Shown here one piece after another: positions 42,816-54,570 of a stretch of DNA of 64,000 bases; the stretch's first letter is position 1; each line of letters begins with the position of its first letter. A model generated the notes under the pieces. It saw nothing but the letters and a program-made list of their open reading frames with translations, was not told the DNA's origin and did no database searches. This DNA is from the human T2T-CHM13v2.0 reference genome, Homo sapiens. Position numbers and translations under genes: made by a program. The stretch lies in NCBI RefSeq assembly GCF_009914755.1, contig NC_060929.1. One strand, given 5' to 3'.

Positions 42816-43133
42816 GGCTGGGTGTGGTGGCTCACACTAGTAATCCCAGAACTTTGGGAGGACGAGATGGGTGGAATGTGTGGGATCAGGCGTTTGAAAC
42901 CAGCCTGGTCAACACAGGGAGCCCTCATCTCAACAAACAAACAAACAAACAAACAAACACAAAAACAAAAACCATCCAGGCAGTGTGGCATGGACCTATA
43001 GTTCCAGCTACTTGGGAGGTTGAAGTGGTAGGATTACATGCACCTGGATTTCGAGGCTGCAGTGAGCTATGATTGCACCTCTGCACTTCAGCCTGGGTGA
43101 AAGAGGGAGACCCTGTCTCAAAAAATAAAAATA
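42816..43133 (+). mobile_element. AluJ
   Basis: Divergent dimer; TSD aagaaaatc. Confidence 0.88.
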
Positions 43134-43250
43134 AAGAAAATCTATCTAAGTTACAGCAACATGTTGAAAAGAAATTACTCCTAAATAGAATTGCATCTCC
43201 TGCCCTGCTCTTAATTGGATAGACCCTCATCCTTGAGAACCACTGGACCT

Positions 43251-43616
43251 TGATATGGTTTGGCTCTGTGTCCCCACCCAAATCTCATCTGGAATTGTAA
43301 TCCTCACATGTCGAGGGAGGAACCTGGTGGGTGGTGATTGAATCATAGGGACGGTTTCCCCCATGCTGTTCTTGTGATAGTGAGGGAGTTCTCACAAGAT
43401 CTGGTTGTTTGTTAAGTGTCTGGCATTTCCCCTGTGTGCTCTCTCTTTCTTGCCACCATGTAAGACATACCTTGCTTCCCCTTCACCTTCCGCCATGATT
43501 GTAACTTTCCTGAGGCCTCTCCAGCCATGTGGAATTGTGAGTCACTTAAATCTCTATCCTTCATCTATTACCTAGTCTCAAGTAGTATCTTTATAGCAGT
43601 GTGATAACGGACTACA
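43251..43616 (+). mobile_element. THE1C/D solo LTR
   Basis: 'tgatatggtttggctctgtgtccccacccaaatctcatc...tttatagcagtgtga...actaca'. Confidence 0.9.
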
Positions 43617-44039
43617 GCCCTCTTCTCTGCTGTGGCCAAAAGCTTCCTCTCACTAACATTACCTCCAAATTGCATATCCAAGCAGTTGCAGAGGTACATA
43701 GTCAGGACTGAACATTTAAAATGTTTACCTAACACTTCATTTCTGTTTTGGCATTTCTTCCTTTTCAATAAACAAAAGTAGCCTGGGCCTCTGTAGCCTT
43801 CTGAGATTCTTTGTAGATACTGATTATTTTAAAATGCCACCAATAAAACACAGCAGCCAGTGTTATGGGCTCATTGCTCTATTTAAGCACAGCATTCCCC
43901 AAACAAAAAGGTTCTGGGAATTCCCCTGGCCTGAGTCGCCCTCTCCTGAGGCCCTGACTTGTAAGGCCTTGCTGTGCTCCTTGTCCTCATCACTGTGTTT
44001 TGAGGGAGAAACTTCTGTCTCCAGATGTTTTTAATTCGC

Positions 44040-44726
44040 CTGATTATGGCTGCTCTTGGTCAGTGAGGATGGTCACTGTCACATTCTGAAAACACACAAA
44101 AACAAAAACAGAAGAAAACCATAGGTTAAATACAACTCACCATGGCTCTGTTGTGATTAGCCCTTCCTCAGTTACCTTGTTTTTAAAACGGGTTGATCTT
44201 TTGAACAAGTTGTCCCTTCTCATCCCTATAACTTAGAGCAGGCCAGGTAATTTAAAGAGTTTGATAGCAAGTAGCATTTTTTCCTTCAGAGTCTTGGAGT
44301 CTCAGCCTCTTCCATCTATTTCTAAGAGAAAGAAGGCAAGTCTACATTTAGTGGGTGACTGCCACTTGCCAAGTGTTTTAATTTATCTTCATAACTAACA
44401 TGCATTGTAAGTATGAAGATACCCATTTCCAGATGACAAAACTGCGATTTCAATGAAATTTCATGCCTGCAGTTACTGAGCTAGCAGCAGCGGGGTCAGG
44501 GCTTTGCTGCAAGTCAGAGCTTCCAGTCTTTCAAAATCATTATCAGGCTTTGTGTGAGATTGACCACATGCTAACAAACCATTCCTGGTACTATTTACTT
44601 GGCCATTTCTTTCTAACCATACTAAATGGTTAGAAAACAGACATTTTATCTCTCTGCCAAACATGTCATCCTCCAGAGCAATATGCTGTCCTAACTCTTC
44701 TTTAGGTAACTTCATGATCATTAGAA
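44040..44726 (-). pseudogene. Three candidate decayed exons (44726-44618, 44225-44176, 44085-44040)
   Basis: Acceptors 'cattttcctcctcctag', 'ctctaagttatag', 'tttttgtgtgttttcag'; donors ATG|GTTAGA, AAG|GTAACT, CAG|GCGAAT. Phase-compatible joins give LMIMKLPKEELGQHIALEDDMFGREIKCLFSNHLVWDEKGQLVQKINPF*KQECDSDHPH*PRAAII. Confidence 0.33.
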
Positions 44727-44765
44727 CTAGGAGGAGGAAAATGAAGGATTCTCAAAACTCCTTAG

Positions 44766-44903
44766 CAGGGTTACCAGATTTAGCAAGTGAAAATATAGGA
44801 CACTCAGTAAAATATTTGGGACATACTTATGCTAAAAAAGTATTCATTATGTATCTGAAATTCAAATTTAACAGAATATTCTGCTTTTTATCTGGCAAAC
44901 TTA
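44766..44903. mobile_element. MER53-like hAT MITE
   Basis: TIR-like 'agggttaccagatttagc' / 'tttatctggcaaact'; internal 'tatctgaaattcaaatttaac'. Confidence 0.75.
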
Positions 44904-45325
44904 TCCCTTAGCAACAATTTTGCTAATGTAAAGTTTAATCTTTCTTTCCCAAATAGCAAATTTTTTTTCTTGTTAGATATTTAGTTTATTTTCTTTCTTA
45001 TAATTTCTTTGTAAGATACAAATAGGTGGAGGAATTGGCCAATAGGTGCTTATCAAAGGGGAGAGTTTTGTTTGGGTAACTGAGAAATCAGTTCTTTCTG
45101 CATGAAGAATTCACTGTAAATTTCATTCTGATTCTGAAAACCTCTGGTGGCAAAACCTTTTAAGTGACTTTATCCAACAATGTTTTTTTCTTTTCCCTGG
45201 TAAAGGGTCTTAGATGAAAATATAAGAAGGCAGGAAGAGGGCCTATACCATGAATAAAACTGGAAGCTATACTTTCTATTAAACTTAAGGCTTTTTTTCT
45301 TTTTTCAAATCTATTTCAGAAGACT

Positions 45326-45615
45326 ATTTTATTATTATTTTTAAATTTTTTATTATTTTTTCTTTCTCTGTTGCCCAGGCTGGAGTGGAGTGGTATAGTC
45401 ACAGCTTACTGCAGCCTTGCCCTTCCTGGGCTCAGGTGATCCTTCCCGCTCAGCCTCCAAAGTAGCTGGGACTACAGGCACACACCATCACTTTTGTAGA
45501 GATGGTGTTTCACCAGGTTGCCCAGGCTGGTCTTGAATTCCTGGGCTCAAGCGGTCTGCCCACCTCAGCCTCCCAAAGTGCTAGGATTACAGGTGTGAGC
45601 CACTGCGCCCTGCCC
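45326..45615 (-). mobile_element. AluJ with deletions
   Basis: Antisense Alu with the middle A-rich linker partly missing. Confidence 0.85.
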
Positions 45616-46695
45616 AGGGACAATTTTTGTAACACGAATATATTATGCTGCAGAGTCATGTTGGTAATCTTAATTTGTAATGAATGGTTCGATAATTAAA
45701 AGATGCAAAACCAATCTAAAACACCAAGAATCTATAGGCATTTGGAGGTAAATACACCAGGGAATTTCAGACAAATTCATTGTCAAGACTGCCGTGATGG
45801 GGTCTCAGGCTTCACCTGTGGTTTTCAAACATAAAGAAACAATTGAGCATGGTAAATGCACAATCTCAGAAAGAGGACATTCTTATTTTTAAAGGACAAA
45901 AACTTCATGAAAAACTTGAAAATCGTTTCTAACTGTGATGTAAAACATACACCATAAGGAAACATGAAACAAGACAGACAGTAATAGAAGAAAAGCCTCT
46001 GGTTCTAGTCAACATCTACATATGGGAATTTAAAATTGCTTATGTCACGCCCAGAAAGAAAAATTTTTATTATATTCATAACATGTTTCTGCATGCTATT
46101 GTAGGCATTTCTCTATCAATTATTACCTAGAAAAGTGTAAGAATGTATAGCCGACAGAAATTTCAAGGTGACCTGATTCAGCTCCTCTCAAAGTACAAAG
46201 TAAATTCAAATTATAGTTTTAATGAAGAGAGTTGATAATGGGGGTGGGGTAATGCAAGAATGAACACTTGTTTGTATCTTTTTTTTTTTCTAGCTAATTG
46301 CTAGAAAGTTCCAATGAGAGAGATTTTGTGGCCTTCAAAATCAGCCGTTCAAGTATCCCATTGACCTGGCTTTTTTTCCCTTAATACTTCATTAAAGTAT
46401 CCTTGATTACACTGTGAAAACAATGAATGCATCATTGTTTTAAAATAAATTGTGAGATAGTTTCTCTAGAGAGAGGCACTCTGTCCAGCTTTGACAGGAC
46501 AATGATAGAGTTGTATTCCCTAGATGTGATGGGGTCTTAGTGGACTGTCCCTTTTCAGTCTATGCTCACTTTGAACCATAATTCAACATTTCTTGCATAT
46601 CAAAGAACAAATGCAGTTCCACAGTACTTTACAATTATTGTAGGTGTTAGCAAAAACTTAGTAAGAATACACAGAAATGAATTGGCATTGCCCAC

Positions 46696-47066
46696 TGCAT
46701 TAGTCCGTTTTCACGCTGCTGATTATGACATACCCGAGACTGAGTAATTTACAAAGAAAAAGAGATTTAATGGACTCACAGTTCCACGTGGCTGGGGAGG
46801 GCTCACAGTCATGGTGGAAGGCAAAAGGCACATCTTACTTGGTGGCAGGCAAGAGAGAATGACAGCCAAGCAAAAGGGGAAACCCCTTCTAAAACCATCA
46901 TATCTCGTGAGACTTATTCACTACCATGAGAACAGTATAGGGAAAACCACCCCCATGATTCATTTATCTCCCACCAGGCCCCTCCCACAGCATGTGAGAA
47001 TTATGGGAGCTACAATTCAAGATGAGATTTGTGGCGGCGGAGGAAGGGCATAGCCAAACCATATCA
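46696..47066 (-). mobile_element. THE1B-like solo LTR
   Basis: Ends 'agccaaaccatatca'; 5-bp TSD cccac at 46691-46695 and 47067-47071. Confidence 0.92.
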
Positions 47067-47070
47067 CCCA

Positions 47071-47071
<1 letters not shown>

Positions 47072-47106
<35 letters not shown>
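47072..47106. repeat. (CA)n microsatellite
   Basis: Direct inspection. Confidence 0.9.
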
Positions 47107-47109
<3 letters not shown>

Positions 47110-47204
47110 TAATGAAATAAAATTCTTCATTAAATATTTCAGAACTTTGCCAAAATTTTCTCCTTGACTGCCTCATCTTTCTACTCTTTTTCTCCCCTCC
47201 TCCT

Positions 47205-47772
47205 TGTAGGGGCAAAGAGAATACCTCCGCTTCACCTTCCGAAAGTTCTCTGAAAATCAATTGACTAATAGGAGAAAAGGCATACAAAATTTATTAATGT
47301 GTGCACGTGTGCATGGGAGTCAGATAAAATATGAAAGCTCAAAGAAAGGGCCAGATGGGTAAAGTTTTATACCATCCTGAGGTTAGAGAAAGAATGGAGG
47401 CTTGGAGCCTGGCAAGACTGGTTGTGGGAGAAAGAGAGAGGATAGGCCTGGCTTGCAAAGGTGCTCTTGTTATGCAGGTGAAACCTCACAGGTGGCAGCT
47501 CTCAGAAATAAGAAGTTTCTGTGAGACCCCCCAAAGGTGTCAGACTCTTAGTCTCCCTCTCCCATGAGCCAGTCCTTCCTAGATCAGGACAAGGTGTGGG
47601 ACCCAGAGAAAGCCTGGCTATTTATTTCGCCAGTGCAGATTTTCCTACAGATGCAAATCTCCTCCACAAAAGGATTTGCAAGGGTGTATTCCTATGTGCA
47701 GGCCCTCTGAATAGCCATTTCAAAATATGTCAACGAAGTATATTTTGGAGAAAAATATTTTTGGTTTCCTTT
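47205..47772 (-). mobile_element. MER39/MER34-like ERV1 solo LTR
   Basis: 'aataggagaaaaggcatacaaaatttatt...agccatttcaaaatatgtcaa...aaatattttggtttcct'. Confidence 0.75.
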
Positions 47773-47989
47773 ACCTTCATTGCTCTCTGTTTTCTGAAGT
47801 AATATTGCTGTCATGTTCAGTTAGCGTATTCTACTCTGTGAAACCAGAGGCCTATAAACAGTAGACTCCCACTCCCTTGGAAAGCTGCTCTAGCACTGAC
47901 TAGGATGACCCAGAAAACACCTTGGGGGCCTCACCTCCCACACGCTGTGGCTTTCCAAGTATTCATCAAACAGAAAAGTTTTTTTCCTT

Positions 47990-48520
47990 TGTGTAGCCAT
48001 CCTCGAGATCGGCTCCCAGTGATTCTTGCCTGCTGGTATTCACTCTCTTGTGGATTCTTCACCTACAATGAGTCACAGCCAACTTCTATGACCAAGAGAA
48101 TATGATAGAAGTGACAGCACATGACATCTGAAAATAGATCATGGAAGACATTGCAGCTTCCACCTTGGTCTTTTGGATTGCTCACTTTGTGGGGAAGCCA
48201 TGCTTTGAGGATGCTCAAGCAGCTTTGTGGAGAGGCCCATATAGAGAGAAACTGAGGCCTCCTGACAACAGCTGCCACTGCCACCCACATTGCTACCATG
48301 TGGCTGAGCTATCTTGAAGCAGATCCTCCAGTTCCGGTTAAGCTTCAGACAACTATAATCCTGACTGACATTGGTGAGCAACTCATTAGAGACCCAGAGC
48401 CATGACTATCCAGCCAAAGCATTTCTACCTGATTCACAGAAACTGTGAAGGAAAATGATTAGTATTGTTTTAAGTGACCAAGTTTTGGGGTAACTTGTTA
48501 TGCAACAATGAATAGTTAAC
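47990..48520 (+). mobile_element. MLT1F-like MaLR solo LTR
   Basis: 'ggagaggcccatatagagagaaactgaggcctcctg...cacagaaactgtga...ttgttatgcaacaat'. Confidence 0.85.
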
Positions 48521-48705
48521 GAATTCTTAATTAAGCAGTGATTCTAATGCTTACAGCGTTTTGTGATGTGAATAATGCTTTGAGATTTATAGTGTTGGAT
48601 GATTTATTTCTTCTATTATCTTTTTTTTAATAAAACAACATTGAGAAACTCAGATAACTATTATCTTGAATTTCTAATGGATTCATATTTTAAAGTATAT
48701 CAACT

Positions 48706-49417
48706 TGAAATCATGAAATCTATAAATTTGAAAGAAAGAACTTTATTTCATATAAAGGGTTGCAACCTGCAGCCTGACAGGAATATCCTCTTGCAGAAAC
48801 AAAAAGCAGTCACTTTGAGGGAGAGAAAGTGTCACAGAAATGTTATGCTTAGCAGATCAGCTAGACATACATATTTAACAGGCTATAGGAGGGTCCAGGA
48901 GTATACGTGAGAGGATTGTTGCACATGCATGGTAAACAAACATGTATGTTACATACGTTCCGTGTTCACTTTGGGGTGGAGAAAACATCAAAATGTAAAA
49001 TTAGGCTCTATACATCAAAAAATGAAATAGAGGGCACAGATGTGCCCTGTGAGTGGCCTCTATGGGTTGGCCAGAACCAGTCTGTGGTTGGTGGTCCCTT
49101 ATCAGAAAGGAATGCTGGTCAATGGCTGTGTCCAAACCATGAAAGGGGAAAGGAGTTCAGTAGCAGTGCCAGGTGGTTGGTTGAACTTAGAGGAGGAGCG
49201 AGTCTTCCATTCTTTGTTTTCTAGGGCTGATTTCTGTTTAACTTTGAGGGAAAAAAGTCTAATGGTAGTTATCAAGGAAGGGGGTGTGTAATGAGGCTTG
49301 ACCAACCTCCCATCCCTTCATGCCTAGGAAACTTAGTTGTAAGTTTTTCTGGGGTCTCCTTGGCCAAGGGGGTTTGTTCAGTTGCTTGGAGAGTTTAGGA
49401 TTTTATTTTTATTTCAC
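48706..49417 (-). mobile_element. ERV1 (MER4-group) solo LTR
   Basis: 'ctttatttcatataaagggttgcaacctgc...ctggggtctccttggccaaggggg...ggattttatttttatttcac'. Confidence 0.7.
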
Positions 49418-49444
49418 GAGTGTATTCTATCCAATACTGGGAAC

Positions 49445-49680
49445 ACTGAAGCATCATATTTAAGAGCGTAGAAACTGGAGCCATGAAGCCTAGATTCTAC
49501 AATCTCCCAGCTATGTGACCTTGGGCACATTATTAATCTGAGACCTGGTTTCCTCATTTGTAAAATATGCAGAGTAATCACAAGTACCTCACAGGGATTT
49601 GAAAGGATGAAGTATGATAATGCATGTTCTTTGTACACTGCATGGCTTGTAGTGAATGTTCAATAAACGTCAGCTGTTAA
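49445..49680 (+). mobile_element. MIR
   Basis: 'tatgtgaccttgggcaca...ggtttcctcatttgtaaaat...gttcaataaac'. Confidence 0.8.
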
Positions 49681-50899
49681 TGAGCTGCTTTCAGCATTAG
49701 AAGTATGTCTGTTCTGATTAAATTTAAAATGGAAATTTGGCAGATAAAAGACAGAAGTTCAAACCCAAATCTTACCAGCATGTTATTTTTTTGTTAATGA
49801 TATTAACAGGATTAGAATGACTTTCTTTTCATCCAGACAAGCTCACAGACAACCCACTGACACTGTGAACTTGGATGTTGTGGAATGCTAATCATCCCTA
49901 ACAATGTCAGTGTCAGGGCAAAGCACCAGCTGGAGGAAATTTAACCAAGGACACATCTTCTGCATTTTTATGTGACATTTTATGTACATTTGATGTAACT
50001 GTTTTGCATGGAAAAATCTTGCAACCATAGAATATTCATGAAGGTAGCTTCTATATTTCTCATGCTTTATCTCCTGGTCTTGTTCATTCTTCCATCACAC
50101 GTACACAGTATACTTTAAAAATCATTTATTGGTTGATTTACTGGTGATTGTAAAGCTCAGTTGGTGAGAAATGTTACTGATCTTGAATTTACTGAGCAAA
50201 CAGGAAAAAGAAGCTTGTGGAAAATGAGCTGGAGAAGCAGCAAATAAAGAAAAATAAAGAACACTAATAGAAAATGACAAATAGAAGAGAAAAGGCATAG
50301 TATATGAAAATACGGAAAATAAGGCAAGCCATATGGAAAATGAGCATTTGTTTGCTGTGAAAAATTAGGGCATAAATGACTCAAGGATAAGAGCTTATGA
50401 GAATTCCTAATGACTATCACCAGCATGTATATTTCATCCTGTCTCCCTTAGCTAATTTATTTAAGAAAAAGAGGGCTATTTTTAATTAACAATACTAAAA
50501 GGAAATGAAAGTTTAGGTTGTGGGTACCTTAAACATTTGCTATGAATCTTAAATAGTTACTGTTTACAAGCACTGACTTAATTTCAGTTTGCTGACTCTA
50601 CTACCTGGATATTGGAACCTGAAAAGGGCAACTCATTGAGCAATAAGTTGATCATCAGGGTTCCCAGGTAAATAAGGGAGCTTACTGCTTAGAAGACTCT
50701 CTGCCATGGATGAGATTCAGCTTTTCCATCTGTATACAGCAGAAATAATATATGTCCTTCCATCATATCTGAGCAGTTAATAAGTCAATGATTATATCTA
50801 GCCAATGAAATAGAAGTGAGCCATTCGTACTTAGTACTTTAAGGCAGCACTTTTCAAATGTATTCCACAACACAATGAGGAGGCCAGGGAAGGGGCAGG

Positions 50900-52070
50900 G
50901 ATGAGAGCTGAGACCACCCGACCCCAGATGAAAGATATGCTAACCATACTGACAAAAAACAACAGGCTTAGGCGAATTCATGCGTATTGATTCCTGAGGC
51001 CTTAGATACTCCAATAGGCTTCTACCACTCATGTAGAAGACAGGAAGATTCTACTTTGAAGAGTCTGAACAGCCTAAAAAGAAAGACCTAAAGTCACTGA
51101 CATCACAATTTTCTAGTAAATGGGATACCCAGATTACATTACAGTGAAGCTTAAAGTCAACCAGCCTCTAAATATACATATTTAGAGTTTCTAATCAGGG
51201 AAGACCCCAAGATGGAAGATAAAAACCAGAACAGACAGGAAAAAAACAACTTGGCAAGAAAATAAAAGCCACTGACGAAGAAGAAATTTTCCAACACCTA
51301 TTATGAATATCCTAGGGAGTTTTGGAAGATACTGCATCCCTGAACTGAGAACAAGATGCTAAGAAAAAAAGGCATTCAGAAAACAAAAAAGAAGAAAATA
51401 GAAGAAAAAGACAGAAAACAGGTCTAAGGAGATAAGAAATTTAGAAAACAGTATAGAAAATCTAATATGTAATAATAGAAGTTCAAAAAGAGCAAGAACA
51501 CAGAAAATTGAAGATAGGAAATCATCAAGAAGATAATTGAAGGCATTTTCCCAAGAGTAAAGGTCATGAATTTCCAGATTGAAAGGGTCCACAGGAAGCC
51601 TCGACAATGAATGGAAATAGGCCTATCTATGGCACATCATTGTGAAATTTCAAAACTGGGTACAAAGGGAAGATTCTCAAAGCTTCCAGATGGAAAATCA
51701 AGTCACTTACAAAGCACTAAAAATCAAATGAACTCTGCAAGCTAGTGGAATTGAGAATTCCTTTAAAGTTCAGGAATAATATTATTTCCTACGTAGAATT
51801 CAATATAGAGGTAAAAGATCAACCATATGGGAGGATAGAACACAGATACTGTTATCAAACATGTAAGGCATTCTTTTCCAGAGCACTATTGGAAGATGTG
51901 ATCCACTGAAACTGAGAGAACAAATCAAGAAGGAGAAAAACATGGAACACAGGAAACAGGAAGTCAAACACAGAAGAGAGGAAAAAGAAAACCCTTAGGA
52001 TAATAACAAGGAGGGATTTCAATAAGACTGCTCTGCTGCAACCATAAACGGCAGATTGTGCACAGTGTTA
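50900..52070 (+). mobile_element. HAL1 (half-L1) fragment
   Basis: ORF1-like 'atttccagattgaaagggtccac...catcattgtgaaatttca' followed by HAL1-type 'ggaagatgtgatccac...aaacatggaacacaggaaacagg'. Confidence 0.7.
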
Positions 52071-54084
52071 GCTGGAAAATTTGCAGCCAAGGACAGCGAA
52101 GGGTCCTTTCTCTCTTGCCAGCCTTCGCCTCATAGTGAAGAGACAGGTATAGTAGAAGTCAAAGAAACCACTGCATTTATTGATGAGATCCATATAATGG
52201 TGTATGACTGAGAATGAATGATGAGATATTTAAAGTATGGTTTCAGTATTTCTATTTCTCTATTTTGTATTACTGAGGTTTGGGTATCCTTCTGGCAATG
52301 AGTTGGTCACTACTTTTTTTAAGAGGTCACAATAATTATGCATCATGGAAATGGGCACTCTCAGCAGGATATCTGGAAGGCTGGGGTCCCCCACCCCAGA
52401 TGGAGTAGTGGGCAAGAACAGGGTCCTTGTTATGTAGAGACAAGATCTGCTCAGCTTTCCTTAGTGGGCAAAATAGGCTTCTTATGATATAAGACAAGAT
52501 CTGTTGCTCGGTTTTCCTTGAAGAAATCCCTTGCTCTTGTATAAGAGAACTGTGTTGAAGAACACAGAACTTTTGTTTCACACTGTAGCAACTAGCGATT
52601 TCTGTATGAATTTGTGATTCTCAGTTTGATCCCTGGAGATTGCCTGATGGAGCCATTCCTCACATGGGCTACTCTAAGAGCATGCCCCTACATGTATAAA
52701 TCTTCTTAAGACCTAGAATTTAGCAATTTTGTCATAGAAATATGCAGTTATTGGATTGTTTTAGATTTTTAAAATATAAATTAATGCAACTTAGTTTAAC
52801 TGAGGGCAGTTGTTTAGAATATGTAAGTATCTGGAATGATATCAGTATTGATTAATGTCTTTGAGAATATCATAGACAAGATATTGTTATTTCTTCCTGT
52901 GCTAGCATGTCAGGAGGACAAGTGGTAGCCCCATCAGGGGCACTGACTCTCAGTAAGTGGAACATGCCTCCATCCCATCAGAATTGGGTATATTTTCTTC
53001 TCAGTTAATATTAATACATGCTCTCAAGACAATTTAAACCTTACTGCCAAATTTAGTCTTTTCAATTTATTAAAGTATTCTGTTCTTAGTTTTTGTTTTT
53101 GTATTGGGATTAGATGAATAAAATAATGATAACTATTGGAAATTATTGCAATTAAAATAATTTCCTTTACTTATGTTTATAAAAGTTACTAATGAAGTTC
53201 AAAGGCAATTTTTGCTTTATTAGAAAATTGTTTCATATTTATTTTCAGATGACTGAGAAAGATCAGAAATATTTCAGTTACATTTTATCTGAATTGATTG
53301 CTTTTGTAGAGAACTTGCATTTTCCCTATGACAGAGTAATTCCCATTTTATTTTTATGTCCCAAATCCTAATATGAGATTTAAAAGATACATTTCTTAGC
53401 TGATATCTTTTGTGGTTTATCCTGAAGAAAACATTTGTCATGGATGATTCTGTATCATCTATTTGGTTTGTCTAGAAAACATATCCCCTAAACCTTTATT
53501 TACTTGAAAATAAACAATGTGGACAAGACTATTATGATGTCAACAGCTATCAGACAGGAGCTTTACAAGCATGTGAATTAAAATATATATCTCACTTTGT
53601 TTTAAAGGGGTAAGAATTATTAATGCAACCTGCTTTACATTCACTCAACAAAACTCCTCCTTTAAGTGCAACTCAGTAATTTTAACATCATTTTGTATTC
53701 CCAGAGTTTCTGAATATTAGTTTTGAGTCTTGTATTGTAAATGAAATTTTAAAAAATCACATGATTAGTTATGTCATGAGTAGTCATAAACCTGAGGTGT
53801 GCAAAGTAAACACAACTTAAAAAATTTTTCACTTCTGAACTTGGAATAGAATGGCTTCTGTTTCCATTCTGCCTAATAGAAAATTACCTATTTACTTCTA
53901 AGTAGTCTGTATTACTGATTTATCTTCAGTCTGTTTTGGGTACATTCTCAGTAAAACCTAGGGTTTTTCTTTGTCTCTTTCTTCTCCTTCTCCCCCAGGG
54001 TTGAGCAGTGCTCAGTGGCGGGACTGAGAAGAGCAGATACACTCAGTCCCGAACCGGAAAGGCACAGGAGCATTTCTCTGAGTG

Positions 54085-54570
54085 GCGTGTGTGTCTGTGT
54101 GTCTGTGTGAGTGGGGTGTGTGTCTGTGTGTCTGTATGTGTGAGTGGCATGTGTGTCTGTGTGAGTGGGGTGTGTATCTGTGTGTCTGTATGTGTGAGTG
54201 GCATGTGTGTCTGTGTGAGTGGGGTGTGTGTCTGAGTGGGGTGTGTGTCTGTGTGAGTGGGGTGTGTGTCTGTGTGAGTGGGGTGTGTATCTGTGTGTCT
54301 GTATGTGTGAGTGGCATGTGTGTCTGTGTGAGTGGGGTGTGTGTCTGTGTGAGTGCGGCATGTGTCTCTGTGAGTTGGGTGTGTGTCTGTGTGTCTGTGT
54401 GTGTGAGATGTGTGTCTGTGTGAGTGGGGAGTGTGTCTGTGTGTCTGTGTTTGTGGTGTGTGTCTGTGTGAGTGGGGTGTGTGTCTGTGTGTCTGTGTGT
54501 GTGAGGTGTGTTTCTGTGTGAGATGTGTTTCTGTGTGTGTGTGAGTGTCTGTGTGTCTGTCTGTGTGTGC
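54085..54570. repeat. GT-rich compound VNTR (units about gtgtgtctgtgtgagtgggg and gtgtctgtatgtgtgagtggcat)
   Basis: Direct inspection; explains the His/Thr- and Val/Cys-rich ORFs. Confidence 0.92.

Noticed and set aside
43251-47066. Two THE1 LTRs as ends of one provirus
   Set aside because: Opposite orientations, different subfamilies, the THE1B has its own TSD, and there is no internal sequence.
52437-52520. Short direct repeat 'agacaagatctg...tttcctt' (similar small duplications at about 13380 and 23780)
   Set aside because: Ordinary decayed local duplications with no further structure.
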